Source: Catajapyx aquilonaris
Taxonomy: Eukaryota
Length of the DNA stretch: 36,993 nt
NCBI GenBank assembly: GCA_000934665.2
Contig: KZ538216.1
Span: 62,001-98,993 of the forward strand
Direction of reading: 5' to 3'
In this document: piece after piece, positions 1 to 14,102 of the stretch
Numbering within the stretch: the first letter of the stretch is position 1
Layout of the letters: every line of letters starts with the position of its first letter
Position numbers and translations under genes: made by a program
Notes under the pieces: generated by a model
Databases searched by the model: none
The model's input: only the letters and a program-made list of their open reading frames with translations
Told to the model about the DNA's origin: nothing

Positions 1-3000
1 CCTTCTACGGCCCAGGACTTTCGAACCAAAAAAAGTACGTACGAGGCACTTGTACCGTAGTGTGATTGGAGAATTGGGCCTTAGAAATCCCGAGGGTGAT
101 TGGAGAGGCGTGGGTGTGTGGGTGGTAGGTGAGTGGGGGGATGGAGAATGACCAGAAAAAACTTTGAAGGATGCGGTCAAGTCTACCGCTGGCGGATCTG
201 CAGGAACCCTCTCAGCAAACATCTAATGAAATAACCCAATTTGTTGCCCATGTTTCACTGTGACGTTTGCTGATGAACTCTTCAGCAGTGTCACTGGAAA
301 AGTGTGGTGACTACAAGACCTCAGTGGCACCATATATTAAGTCGTTTTCTTCTCTATTAAAATGGCGTTCCTGATAGTTTTTAGCAACTGGTACCCTAGT
401 TGTATAATGAGAGTGACTTGATTATTTTGCATAACGATAAAGAGTACGTGAACGATGCAGTGACTAACCTCACTAATGCGAAGCTTGATGGATGAAAAAT
501 GTCCGAGAACCAACGTAATTTTTTTTACCCTACCAACATCGCTATAATACTGTATACGTGTCTGGTGCCAACGCTAGCTGCAGCGGATGTTTTATCAGCC
601 AGAGATTTCGTGTTCGGAGGTCTAATACTGGAGCTATTACGGGAGAAGCACGAGTCTCAGCTGATATTGCAATGTTCTGGTCAATTCCAGTTGCCCCTAC
701 CGAAATAAATGTTCTGCGGATGTGATGAAGCTGCAATAACCTGACCCAGTGTGTCAAGAGGAAGGGAAAAAAAGAAGGAAAAGTAAAGAAGTGGAAAATC
801 ATACGAGTCTGAAAACCAGGATTACAAACCTCGTGGCGATGACACTTTTGTGGTGCTCTGCACAACAGAGAAAATTAAATGCTGCAGTATTTTATTGCGT
901 ATGATGTTTGTGCACACAAATAATATTAAGCACTGTCATAAATTGCATGATGTAATAGGTATGAAGCATTTATCCAGCTCTCGAAAAATACAGGTTAATA
1001 TAAGCTGCAGTACCTTCAAACTTGCATCAATCGCATTTGCAGGTTATGCTGTCACGCAAAAGCAAATATTAACCACTTGAACTGTGACGTGGGCATTCTA
1101 TTAGCACTCTCTACTCGCTAAAATTTCGACGTGGCTGTAAATAAGTTTCGTTATCTCGTACACTCTACGGCTATCTAAAGCTGTCCTGTTCCTTCAGTCG
1201 CATGCAAGCAGACATCTTCACATGTCATAACGTCGCAAGGTTAGCACCTAATCGCTCCAATATCAAGATCACAAGTTAGCTATTAACTACCATTATAACC
1301 TGCCTTCCGAATCGATCAGCTGGCTCTACAAGTATATTAGAGGTCCTGACTCTATCCGTATGTTGCTGGTCTATCGAGCAATGCAATTTGGCCACCAAAG
1401 TGCCAACTTTTCCTAGTAAACCTAAATATTCATTTCTCATTCTTGTCCACTTGCGTGTCCGCTATCGCAGGATACATCTCTGTATATGTTTCTACCTGCA
1501 AAATGCGCCATCATCGCTGATATACTGTCCAGACTTGATCGATCTCCATACTGTAATGGATTAAACCCATTTATTCTCGCATGACAGTCAACATTCAGCA
1601 CAAACGACTTCAGAGTCCGAGAAACGCGACTCATAATCTTTCCCTCCTTGCCTTCAGAAAATAGAAGTACTCCTGTCGGTATGCTATTCGGCTACCACAA
1701 CGTGGCATATAATTATGCTGTATATAACGCAATTTTGGTACCCCTAATGGTGGGATGCCATCCCGTCAAAAAAGAAACACAGTTGGTTTTTGCTTAGCAC
1801 AAAAGCCATGTGCCGACATCGCGATTAGCCATTCCAGCATTAGCAAGAGGACACTTAGTCACTCTTGGCATCAGGAATCATGATAGAGACCTGCATTCAA
1901 GGTTAATAACAGCAGGGATGTCACATCGCAAACTATACACTCGGAATGGCATGACAGCCATCGCAAAAAGTGTGATAGCTCACCACACGAGTCACTTCAA
2001 TAGATATATTACTCCAGCTGTAATAAATCTAGTATATTTTTGGTTACCCAACCACTAGCGCGACCTGCTATGTTGCGGTGTACATCTCATCAAAAGGTGG
2101 GAGCTCGGAGGTAGAAAAAAAAATAACTGCTGTTTGTTGGAGAGATGGATGAGTGAAGAGTGAGGGGAAACAGTGCAACTCGTCTCTCTCCGTCCGAGCC
2201 AAGGAAATATGAGGCTATTAGAGGAGCCAGGGATGATCTACGAGTTGCGAAAGTGCGACTGGATAATATGTCTGGTCGGAACCTAGTGGGAGAAGTGCCG
2301 GGGAGAGAGCTGCTCATCTACTAGATAAATTCCGCATTTACGCTTCACTCCCATCGTCATTTTCATCCCACAGTAAATGATTGCACATATGAGGAAGGGG
2401 TCACGGGCTGAGAGGTGCTTTGGTATATCGTTTGTTGCCAGACGCAAGAAATGTCTCTGCCTGTGCTAGATATAGGAGTGGTCCATAATAATGGAAATTA
2501 CAACAGGTTACTCATGCATAACTACAAGGTATTGATCAGCCCTGCTTGCGGTTGTCCAGTAGCAAAACAGAGGTGGTGTATTTATTTACTCTAAAAAAAC
2601 TTACATCATCGCATCAAAATTTACATCCCTGTTGTAGCCCACCTTTTCCCAAGTCAATAGCTGGCCGTTTGTTCCATCAGGTTTTCTGTAGCACATGCTG
2701 AGAGTGCACGTAAAATCCCGGCAGTTCTTGCCACAATTCACAAAAGATTGCCCGATAGCCTGGAGGCCACGTTACCGTTCACCACCACACACGCCTTTCC
2801 ACAGTGGCCAGTCTCTGAACTAGCAACAGCTCCCGGCATTAGAAACCAACCCTATCTGCCCCTTCCAGCAAGAACAAAATATTGTACTCTGTTTATCCAT
2901 CGAAAAGGCGCATCCTCCTGAGACCTGAGAGTCTCGCAGCGCAGTCGCAGCGGATACATATTATTTATGCTGTTTTTCTACCAAATAACGAATTTGAAAA

Positions 3001-4748
3001 CACCATTTTTAGAGTTGTTGTAGCCCAGTTTGGCATATAGCTTCCGCCATCTTGAACTGCTCATTCCGATCGCCACTTCCGGGGCCTGTTCCGACCGTCA
3101 GCGCCATAACTAGGCATGTCAACGTCAGTCGTTCTGCACGATTACTTTTCCACCTGGCCATTATGAAGGAAAAGTGCAGTAGGTGCAGATGGCAGTAAAG
3201 CTTCAAAAGGAGCCGGAGGCATAGGGCGACATTACACATGCGGCATCTGCCATGCGTTATGCGCCAAACTCCATCAACAGAGAGCTGCTATACTGTGAGA
3301 GCTTGCTTCGGTCTGAAAGGATCCGGGCAAATCCCAAGAGCCGCAGGCAAATCCGGAGCCGCCCGTACAACCCTCGTGAAACCAAGGAGGGCATTCGTAC
3401 CGCAAATTAATTGAGTTGCTTGGACAGTGATAAATTAAGTCTAAACCCATCCATCATATCGTTTGGAAGCCTAATTCACGAGCCATCATCAAAAATAGAC
3501 TCTGGTGCTGGGGGGTGTCGGAAGAGGGCATTTTTTGGCTGGAATGCATCAAGGGGAATGAACGTTCTGCGGGTAGTCTCGGTCTTGCATGTAGAACCGG
3601 ATGTTACAAAAGTCATATTCAAATAAGGTACTAGGTGGACGCTAATTCCGCCTTATTAAATCTGCAGTATGGTATGCGATGCAGTGAATCATAGTGCTAA
3701 ATTCATATCTTATAACTAGTGGTCTTATATGAAGTGTGTGTGCTGCATTGTGAAGTAAAATATATTGATTAATATGGAAGAATTTATGCCATGCAAATGG
3801 GATTGTTATAATTATGTTTAAAATTGGCGTATAAAATAAAATGGGATGTTGATTGTGAAATGTCCTAGCAATTCATTAGTGCAGACGATGTGCAAACAAT
3901 ATTTTATGCAGTAGTAGCCACTATCGGGGCCATTCAAACAGTTCAATATTTAAGTTTTCCTTGTAAATATTGTTCATCATATTTCACAGCAGTTGCAAGG
4001 GTTTCATTTTGATCCATTTTTACAGTGGGTCGATGTAACTATAAAACGCTTAACCAAGCATTGCATGCACTGCGCAATATATTCTCCGGTGGCTGAATAT
4101 GGTTTTCTTTGCACATAACAATCATGGCGTCCTGCAAAACCTACAATTAAATAAGTACGTAAATGATATTACTCTCTCTCTATTTTGCCCGTTTATGATT
4201 GGAAAGCTCTATAATGCCATACAATATGTTTCTGTCATATAACCCAGCTAGATAGTGTGCGTTTAATATCTAACTTTCTCATCCAATAGCTCGAGCCAGA
4301 TTCTCTAAGTACATTTCATACCAGAAAAGTTTAAGAAAAGGCTTTTTTGACGCTGATGGGGGAATGACCTGCGCAACTTTGTTGGGGGCTCTTTCTAAAA
4401 TCCCTTGCTCCAAAGTGATTATGCTTCCTCAGTAATTTGGTTCCTCCCGAGCTCTCGGCGGGACGACCTTCGTCAATATTATTGATGAGCTCTCCCTTGG
4501 ACCCTAGCAGTTTGTTCGATTTGCTCATTAGGCCCTAATTACAACGACTGGTTCCATCTTGAGATGAGGTTGGATGACTTTTGCCACAGCCGTTTATGCT
4601 TGAGAGCAGCTCATGAAGGAGGTAATTGAAATCGAAAAAAAGTCTTCGTTTCTTCTAATTTCCATAGCAAAAGAACAATCTGCTTTTCACGGAGGCAACG
4701 TTGCGAACGACGTACATTTTTTGGAACATTATTTTCATCCTTCTCTGG

Positions 4749-4762
4749 CTCTCTCTCTCTCT
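4749..4762. repeat. (CT)7 microsatellite
   Basis: ctctctctctctct read directly. Confidence 0.9.
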
Positions 4763-7700
4763 CCCACTCCACCAATTGCCGCAAACTAGCCGTTTATTGC
4801 ACAAGTGAGTCTCATTTATATTGTACCCTTGGGAACTAGATAATTTATTGCCCAATGATGAAATATCCGCCCAGGGAAAATTACATTGGCTCTATGTGTG
4901 CGACTATTGCCGCCATACAACATTCGCACTGATGCTCATGTTGGTCTTGCCATCTTTTTTTCTTTAAGGTATAAAATACTACAAGACTGTTAGAGAAAAC
5001 ATTTTTGCCCATTCTTAGAAAACTGACATCAAGCCATCTGTTTTGGACTCGGAATAGGGGGTACTGGAGGCCTGGTTATTATTCAGTTTCGTGCTCTACA
5101 GGTATACTGTGAGACCTATAATTTACAATGTAATATGGATAACCAGTAATTGCATAAATGCCTTTAGAGAATTGTTATACATTTGTGATGTAGAACCGCA
5201 TGTAAACTTAGTCCTTTATTACCACCACAGTAGGCACGTACTTCATGCTAATTACTCCTATTATAAATGTAATGAATTATAGATTTAGGCCTATCTATTG
5301 TGAAAGCACTCTCATCCAACGAATAATTAGCAGGCACTTATAAGCAAATAATTAACAATAAAGTTAGCGTAAATGGAACCAACGTTGTTTATCTGCTGAA
5401 TCAATTTGCCATAAAATAAATTTGTAATATAAAAATTGACATACTGTCTATATGTCTTCAGTTATATCTTCCGATTTTCCTGTCCAGTGTTTCGTCCAGC
5501 CAGTGTCCAAAATAATCGCTCCTCCTGCTGTCCCGCTATCGACGACGCATACACGTCCACTAACTTTGCACGACTTGAACATGGTATCGAATAAAATGAA
5601 AATGAAATTGTCCCACAAGCCTAACCAGAAAATAAGGAGGCAATTGATTGCAAAGCTCGAATCAGAATGCTGGAATTGATGGTCGGTATCACTGGTCAAA
5701 GTAGAGGACTCGAAAAGTGAATCTGAAAATTCTGCTGGCGAGCGATGTGCGGAGAATATCATTCGCATTGACGAAACTCTACGAAAAGGTCGGGGAAAAA
5801 AAGTTTGTTGCTGGAGAAGACCTTCGTGTTGGGCATCAGAAATGGACGCGTTCCGCATGGCTTGCCTATACTACCCACAAATCCTACCTTTTTTTCATTT
5901 CCTTACACTTTTTTTTCATCTGAAACTCCCACCACCTCTCCAAGTTCCACCCCCTATATTTTTCTCCCTCCGTTAGTCTGGGCTTGGCCGGCACGTGACA
6001 AGTTGGCATTATCCTATTTGGTTTTCTGCGAAACGGGCTCTGCATGTCGACACATGCGATCTGCAGGATTACGCGATTGCTTTATTATGTTAACAATTCC
6101 ACTGAAAGGCCTTAATCAGATGTCCGGTTTTCCATCATTTGTGCTCGTGACGTTATAATGCGATGCTCATGTACCCTGCGCCGCCTTGTCAAAAAGTTGG
6201 GATGGCACTATGCAAATCGGGCACTTTATCACTTGCTCAGTGTCAGGATGACAAAGGCCCAAATCCGCTGGTTGCAGTCAGCGGAGAATTTCTTGGCGGT
6301 TTCCGACCCTTGCAGCTTGGAATGGGCGAGAACCGCTAAGACATGTAAATTGTCGCAAACTGCCCATAAAAAGGAATTGTCTCCTATCAAACGACACAAA
6401 AAGCCCGCAACCAAACAATCCTCATGAATTCGCTCTCAGCCGGAAATTTAATCGACTCGAATCGTCCAAATTCAAAGCTGACTCCAGCATCCAAGATATC
6501 CGTCTATATAAAACAGAAAATGAAAGGTGACAATAATGTGCCAGGTAGAAGCATCCCAGTGAGATTTTTCCAATGAGTTTGTGAGCTCATTACCTGCTGT
6601 CAGGATTGGGTCTTTCCCTTTGTTACTGTGGGACCGTGGACAGCCATTTACGGACATCTGTGCCGCTGGGTATCTCCCAACGGACCAGCACTCTTTGGGA
6701 CAGAAAGCCACTGCACGACACCACTTTGTAATTCCACATCAAGCTGGCCACTAAGCGAGGAGAGACTAATAAAAAAGGCTACTTAGCTTCAAAACCATTC
6801 CAGCTTGAATTATTAATAACTAACTGCAAATATTTGTCACCTGATACCAATTTTGAGTAACGAACGGTTACTAGGATCATGCGGAATCCAATTGTAATTA
6901 AGCGTGAAAAAAAAAACATGTTGAAACTTTCACACTGGTGAGAAAATATAACCCGAACATTTATCCTCTGGTGCATGTGCACTTCGAAGGTACTTCGCCT
7001 TTCCCGTTGAACACAACATTTTAGATGAGTACTTAGTAGCGAGGAGGGGAGGCCCATGAGTTTTCCCATTCTCCGCAGGTGTTGCAGTAAAAAGTAAGGG
7101 AAGCTTTTCTGCAGGCAGCATATGTAAAAGGCTTCCTTCTTAGGGCCGCCCGGATTTGCAGCCGGGTAACGCAGCCTGAGATCTCGGGGCAACCACTGGA
7201 AAATTAATCATAAACGAAAATCCCAAGAGTGGTTGTGGGGTTGGACCGACTGTAGAGTGCCTCAGCCGCCATTTCCCTGCCTTCTAATACACTAGACCAG
7301 GCTATACTATTGCAAAACCGATGCCAGAGGTGGACTAGTTAGCTAGGTATTGGCAATCCCAAAAAAATAGATTGGTTGAGTATAAAAAATAAGCGCTTCC
7401 AGGTGCAAATTGTACCAGGAACAACAGTAAAAAGGAATGTGGAATGAGGCTTTTTCTTCCTTAGATCAATACTTTGTTTTGTCTTGTTCACCCGCAAAGG
7501 AAAAGGATTTTGCACCGTCTCCACTCTCTGTCTAAAGGGGGAAAAAAATGTATACGGCTGGAAAAGAAATAACCATTTGCGACTTGCGGGACGTCTCCGA
7601 TGCGACCGAAATGAAACACAATGCCCATTATCGGCACATCCTACCGAATATGCACTTACGTGGGAGGCTCCTGGGTGTAGGAATACTTGAAAATAAAGTT

Positions 7701-8871
7701 ACCTGCTTTTCTCATGGAAATTGTGAGGCGTCTGCAGGAAGCCAACCTTTCGCTATCATCTTAAGCCTCACTGACGGTCTAGCAACACTTTGCAAGCTCT
7801 TGAATAATCTTTTTGAAATCAGGCCGTCTTCACGATAGTGTTGATCACCCGCATCGATTAGTGTCAAAGTCCCTAATACCCTCGTCGAGTAAGTCACTCC
7901 GCTTTGAACTGCATGGTTAATGGCTGCTGCTAGGCTCACATTGTACCTCCCTCCTCCCCCCCCCCAAAAAAAAAATCCATTAATGGACTGGGCATCAGTC
8001 TAAAGTTCGGGATTATGCGGACCTTCGGAAAAGGCTGGCCCAATTTCATCGGGTCGATAACCATTGTTGACCCAAGAGTGGATTGGTCATTAAATTTTTC
8101 GGGCAATAAAGGATCGCGCTTTAGAAATCACTTGTTGATTATTGGAATGGGCGAATTTCTTGGCGTGCTCGAGAAGTCTTGCCACCACGAATGGGCGGAA
8201 TTATTACAAGTCAAGGTATAGTCTAGGAGCCTTGCGTTATTCATAAATTTTTTGACTATTTCTGATTTGAGCAACAGAATTAGCGCGTCAGTGTACTGCT
8301 ACAGTAGAGGTTTGTTTCTAATAATACCGGTATATGAAAAAAGTGAAGCTAAGTTTTGTCCTATTGATTCTGGTTCTTCAAAAATCCGACTATTTCGTAA
8401 CTTCGCAATTTTTCTATTTACTCAATAAGGCACAAGGTAAAATTACCTTGGCTAAGTATAATATCAATTTTAGAAATGGTAGATAACAAAATTAAAATAT
8501 AAATTATTACATGGTCTATAACACAGGTAGTCAGCGATGAGACGCAAGTCAAATAACATACAATATGTGTTTAAATTACAATATATATAGTGTATACCAC
8601 ATTCAATGATATAGAGCACATAATTATAATCAAACTCCAACCAAAATCTAGGCATATCACTAACTTATAACCAACGCCTGTACTACTAGAAGAAGTGGCA
8701 TGCGAATGCATATCTTGAATCAAGTGTCAACACTGACTGATTAAAACCTTGCAAACACATTTCTGAAAATAATACTAATAACGTTCCAGGTTCCAAATGC
8801 TGCGAGTTGGAACCCACCTTAACCTTATCCTAGCTTACCAGAACAACCCAAATGCCTCTCTTGTGTTGCAG

Positions 8872-8911
8872 TGGGGCCTATATGTCAGGCGGATTTCAGC
8901 TCCAAATTATG
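8872..8911 (+). other. Candidate 40-nt internal exon (splice signals only)
   Basis: Acceptor cctctcttgtgttgcAG (AG 8870-8871), donor G|GTAAGC at 8912 and branch-like cttaac at about 8818-8823. All three frames are open but no peptide is recognisable. Confidence 0.2.
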
Positions 8912-11427
8912 GTAAGCCCCATCCAACAGTTAATCCACAATGTAACACTAATACGAGGCAGAATTTTCTCAAGTATACAAGCAGGCATACAGGCATCCCT
9001 CACCACAACCACTAACCCCAACTAATCTACGTGTTTAACAGGCGCCGCGCATGTTCCCAAACTTGTCAGCATTTTCGCGCCAAACATTCTGTGCATGTTG
9101 GGACAAGCTCTGCACAAGAATTGTATTTAAAAATTAAAGCCGTTTCCCAAAGTGACTATGCCGTGCGGTTTGAAGCATCTGTACTTTTTGTGTACGCCTA
9201 CGTGCATGTAAATTAACAAGGCTTTTGGGAGCACAGAAAGTGCGACAGTCTTGCGTGTAGTTATTCGTAGTGATGCATGCATAATCTGGCATAACATATA
9301 GTTCCCTGGTCCCCTGTGCAAAGCCTATCATATGATGATTAGGTTCTCAGTTTCCAAAACCCTAGGAATCAATATTGTGCGTGCAAAATGTTCTGCAGAG
9401 AGCGATTTTTATGATTAGCAATTAGTACCGATTCAATTTACATGACCGCCTGGTAATATCTGTGCAATTAGCATTTTTAAGAGTATTTTACAGGCAAATA
9501 TCCCAATCCATTCACGTTCACGTTAAATTAACTAGACCAGTCCTGACAGCGGATCTGACTGATCACACAATTATGGGGTAACAGCGAGTTACATGATCGC
9601 GTATTTAAATAAATCAACCATTTTTCTACACAAAAAGTACATGATCCTCCTGTTATAGTAGCCACTCTCGCAGCACTTTCCGGGTCCAACATTTTTGTGT
9701 TCCTCCTCGAAAACTAATTTTGCAGACCGTATTTCAATGCAGAGGGGGTACTATGGGTAGAAAGCTAAGCCACAGACATTCCCGACAATATTCCAGGACA
9801 CTTTTTTTCCCTTCACACCAAAATAACCATCCGCTGGAGTTGCCAGCTTCATATTGGGTGCAGGATGTCAGCCTACTTTGCACTAGGCAGCAAAGCAAAC
9901 GAGCAATTTCACCATCATGTATGTGACATTTGCACTCATGTGCAGGAGCACAATAGTGACCGTCCAAATGCGGTTCATACTGATATTTTGAGTTGTTAGA
10001 AATATTATTCTTCTTTTCTCGGAATATGTATCGAGAGGTTAGGAGAAGTGCATTTTGTTCAGTGCCATAGTGCTACTGTTACAGGTGCAAAATGTTTGAA
10101 TTAAAGGATGATTCATATATTGCATTAGCATCAATTTCCAATATTAAAATAAAATATTATACGTTGGCTAATTACGTTCAGAACTTTTAAATGTCACGAA
10201 ACTCATCATTAATGCATGCATCCCTCATGTCATGACATATCCAAATAAAATCATCATAAAACAAATCGCAAATTGTCACTGACTTGCATATTTGCACACT
10301 TTAAGAGTTCAGAATGTCTTGTGGCAAATTTTCAACTTCTAACCCCATATTTCTAATTCTGTATAGTGATAATGGCAAAACACTGGCTTTCACATTTTCA
10401 TCAACTTCAATTAAAATTGATTGAGATTCAGGAAGAAACCGATCCTTTAACGATCTTTCACGTGCTTTTGTAACTACAACCAGAGTATACTTACTCTAGC
10501 TTGATTGCAGCTTCCGAGAAACGCAAAAGTTGAAAAGCAGATTGCAAAAGCTTATACAGTGATGTAAATTATATGGGTTACTTACTTTCTATAATAAAAT
10601 AAAATAATCAGTAATGAAACTTTCAGTTTACGATTAAATCATCTTCTAAACTTTTAAGAAACAAAGGCATGAAACTTCTGTCAGCAAATAACGAAACCTA
10701 ATTTCCGGCCGATGTCAAGGTAATAGAATATGTGCATAACTTGGGTAGGTATACTGTACTGTTCATAACGATTCCAACCCACCACACCATAACCCCACGC
10801 CGCCGATTTTATTCCGCAATATTACTGCTGTATATGGTTCTAAAAGAGGGCTGTGAAGTTCCCGGTGTCATAATCTTCAGCGGTTCACATTAAGTGACAC
10901 AGATGAAGAGGCATTGTTTGATGACATTTAAAATTTGCAGTAATTGCGTATACTGTATATCTTTTGCTAGATCAATACACCAGTGAATGACCAATAATAA
11001 AGTTTTATGCCCTATCATACTGCATGTTATTAAACCTCTCCACACTTGCTGCACATACTCAGTCCACGGATATTACCGACAGTGTCCTACCATAGAATTT
11101 CTGAACTAGCAACATTTTTGAAAACAGGTCTATCAAAAAGATATATTTTGGCAGTGGGGACCCACGAACTTGCAGCAGTCCCTCATGGTTATGTTGTTCT
11201 TTTTTTTCCCCCTGAAATTTAGGACCAAGCTGAAAAGCTCGGATGTGTGCAGTGACTGTGAAGTCTGACGATTTTAGAATTTGTAAAGCAGATTGAGGAA
11301 GGGGTGGGGGAAAGAGGGCACAGACTGCTTCTTCATTGATATGCCAATGGTTGGAGAGGCAGTGGCCGGCCGGTTAGATACAGTTGGGGGATTGGCAAAA
11401 TATTTCCGGACAAAGGACTCTGCAGTA

Positions 11428-11549
11428 TACAGTGTGTTTCAAGTATCCGGATCCGTCCAGTTATAGCCAATTTTGCCCGATTTGTGTAGCTTTTTGCGCC
11501 CCAATTATTATTCCCAGCTGTCATACTAGGATACTTGGAACACACTGCA
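11428..11549. mobile_element. Tc1/mariner-type MITE (about 122 bp, TA target duplication)
   Basis: Left tatacagtgtgtttcaagtatcc (11426-11448) vs reverse complement of right ggatacttggaacacactgcata (11529-11551) = tatgcagtgtgttccaagtatcc, 21/23 identical including the flanking TA. A (TA)CAGTG terminus with flanking TA is typical of the Tc1/mariner superfamily. Confidence 0.75.
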
Positions 11550-14053
11550 TAGTTAGCTTATGAGGAGCTTAGTTGGTAAATAAAACTCATTTGGAATAAA
11601 CCCACAATTTTTGTAATAGGATTATGCTGATGTTGGACTACCTTTTAGTATGTTGACATTAGCTTTTATATACCCGAGGCTTAATTGCAAATAGGACATC
11701 TGACATTTTCATCGGCATTGTGCTGGCACAGCAGATCGACCCTTCCAACTGAGCTCCAGCAATCAGTATACTTAAGAGCTCTCATTTAACCACACCGCTG
11801 TACTTGAAGTGCGAAATCCTAACTCAAGTTCAAATATTCATACAGCACAAGCCCCATCAAACACATTGCGAATGTTCTCAATATTAGCGTGAAGTTTAAC
11901 TTCTACATTCCGTAATTAGGCTGTTCAAATTACCTCACCGTACAGTGCTATTATGACTGATCATTCTTTCACTTGAATTAACACCCAGCCAGATCTAATT
12001 TTGAAACTATAGACTACACATATGCAGGAACACTTTTCTCACAGTGGAATGGCATAACTTGTCAGGAATTCCAGCTTGGCATTTTTCAAGAAGAAATCTC
12101 ACGTCGACAAGTGCCCCCTTACCACCACCCACCACCTCATACTTCAATTCAGATCCGGTTTTTGGCGAAGCGGCATGTTTGCGGCTGGGATCTCGCATGG
12201 AATTCAATTTCCAGCTTTTGGCTAGCCCGTATGCACATTGTTCGCCTGTTCACTATCGATTTTTGCCCACCACTTTCACCACCCCCTACATGGGTAAGGG
12301 CTGGGTGTTGGGTGGGAAGCTGGGTTTTCTAGTCCACTTCTGACTACTAAGAGATTCACCACATAACTTAACATGTTCAACAATGTACAGTACATGTCAG
12401 ATCAGTAATAAAATTATGACCCAGAAAAATGTCCCATATCCCCATATACAGGCTGGCTTGTTAACACCCACAAATTGTAGAATGAGAGAGAGGTTCGGCA
12501 CGTAAATCGAATCAACTCGGCCGTACGCGCATCGAATCATTAGAAAGCTTACAATCACTAGTGCAATTTCCCCCAGACCGACTTGGACCCCCCTAATTGC
12601 CATTCAAGACCAAACAAAACACGTTCATGCAGTTGGCAATTGCAAGAGACCGTTTTCTTTGTCCTCTTAATTGGATAACTGGACAAGCTTGGCTTTCCGA
12701 TGTCATTTCCCTAGCTGTTTGTTCCACCCCTCAGCGCCCAATGCACGATTCCATTTGCGGTTGCCTACAGCAGACTGGTTCACCTCCCCTAACCCAATCA
12801 CAAACACGCCCATTCCCTCTCTCTCCCCCCCCCCCTTCCCCACTCTCCCCCTCTCATAACCTCTACGACATTTTCTGAGAATATTTTCATCATTTGAAAA
12901 TCTTGTTTGCAGGTGGAGGTTTCTTGTGCAATAATGGAGTATGTGAAGTGGCGGCGGTGACATGGCACATTACCTGTCACTCTAAGGGTCCCCCATGAAA
13001 GTCAGTCAAGCGCTGAGTGAGATGAAATCCCCAGTCAGGATGGTAGATGCTGTGCCTTTCGCTTCCAAATTGTGGGCTTAAATTGCACTTTTTTCATAAA
13101 TATTTATAAAATGATTATTAAAAGCGTCAAATGTTATTTCCTATAACATAATTATGCTGTACCGCTTTCATATACTATGCTGATATGGCTAAGGGATATG
13201 TGACATCTGTTGGATATTTTAAAAATATATTTAATGTATCTGGCATTCCTTAATTAGGCGAGCAATTATCACAATTCAGAAGGACTTTCCTACTCACCCT
13301 GTACACTGACAATAGCGTCCTAACAATCCCTTTTGATAAAGGTGACAGGTTTTAGTTTCGCATGTAAAATCCTGATGCTGAAAAGCCAGAGCCCCATCCC
13401 ATTGTTCTGCTGCAGGTTCTGCACTCATCTCGCAACAGTGGTTTGCAAGGGACGGCAAAAAATATAATAATAACAGGGGAGGGTGTGTGTTGGCCTTCCA
13501 CCTTCGGTATCGATTGCATTGTTTACCTTCATCATTCGTTTCGGTGTTTGCGGCCCTGTAGCGTCGAATACGGTGATTAACGTGCTTGTAGGTAGTAATT
13601 TGCGCATATTCATTAATCCAATCGGAGGCACTGTACAATGTGCGGAATGTTAAACTGAGACTAATTGGTATTCGACTGTCATTAAAACCGAATTTCCCTT
13701 TACGTTTACCGAAACATTTACGCCAGTAAGAGGGGGCCGGCGATAAATTAGCTCTGACACGTGAAATCAGTGGGATGACACGATCTCTAATGAGCGTCCG
13801 TTAGATCGCTGTCAGGATATCGGCACAAGATTCGTCTGTCGCCTGCTCAGATGGCTTCGGTCATGTTCAATCGATCAGATGATGGAACAGCAATTGGGAA
13901 GAAAGCCATGTATCAGCTGAATGGAAAGAGGGCTAAGAATAAGACACAGCAGGAGTGGATCAAAAGTGTTCAGTTTCGCACTTCAAATTGCCTTCATTTC
14001 CGTTGTTGCTATCGATACCGCCCTCTTGTTGCGTCACAATGGATGTTCTCTTC

Positions 14054-14054
<1 letters not shown>

Positions 14055-14102
<48 letters not shown>
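14055..14102. repeat. (ATT)16 microsatellite
   Basis: Perfect trinucleotide run; it produces the poly-Ile and poly-Leu tracts in the spurious ORFs 13851-14150 and 13921-14127. Confidence 0.97.

Noticed and set aside
4482..4531. miR-375-like start tttgttcg within a weak hairpin
   Set aside because: Only the seed matches and the stem is about 8 bp
5083..5108. miR-993-like sequence (tcgtgctctacaggtat)
   Set aside because: The seed region differs and there is no complementary arm
10101..10450. Kolobok-like element bounded by TTAA-AGGAT / ATCCT-TTAA
   Set aside because: Only 5 bp of TIR beyond TTAA in AT-rich DNA, which is compatible with chance
12913..13020. Exon with LDLa-like FLCNNGVC; the same 16-mer tgcaataatggagtat recurs near 31829
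   Set aside because: It lacks the CDGxxDC/DE part of LDLa, and one 16-mer match in 37 kb is not clearly beyond chance
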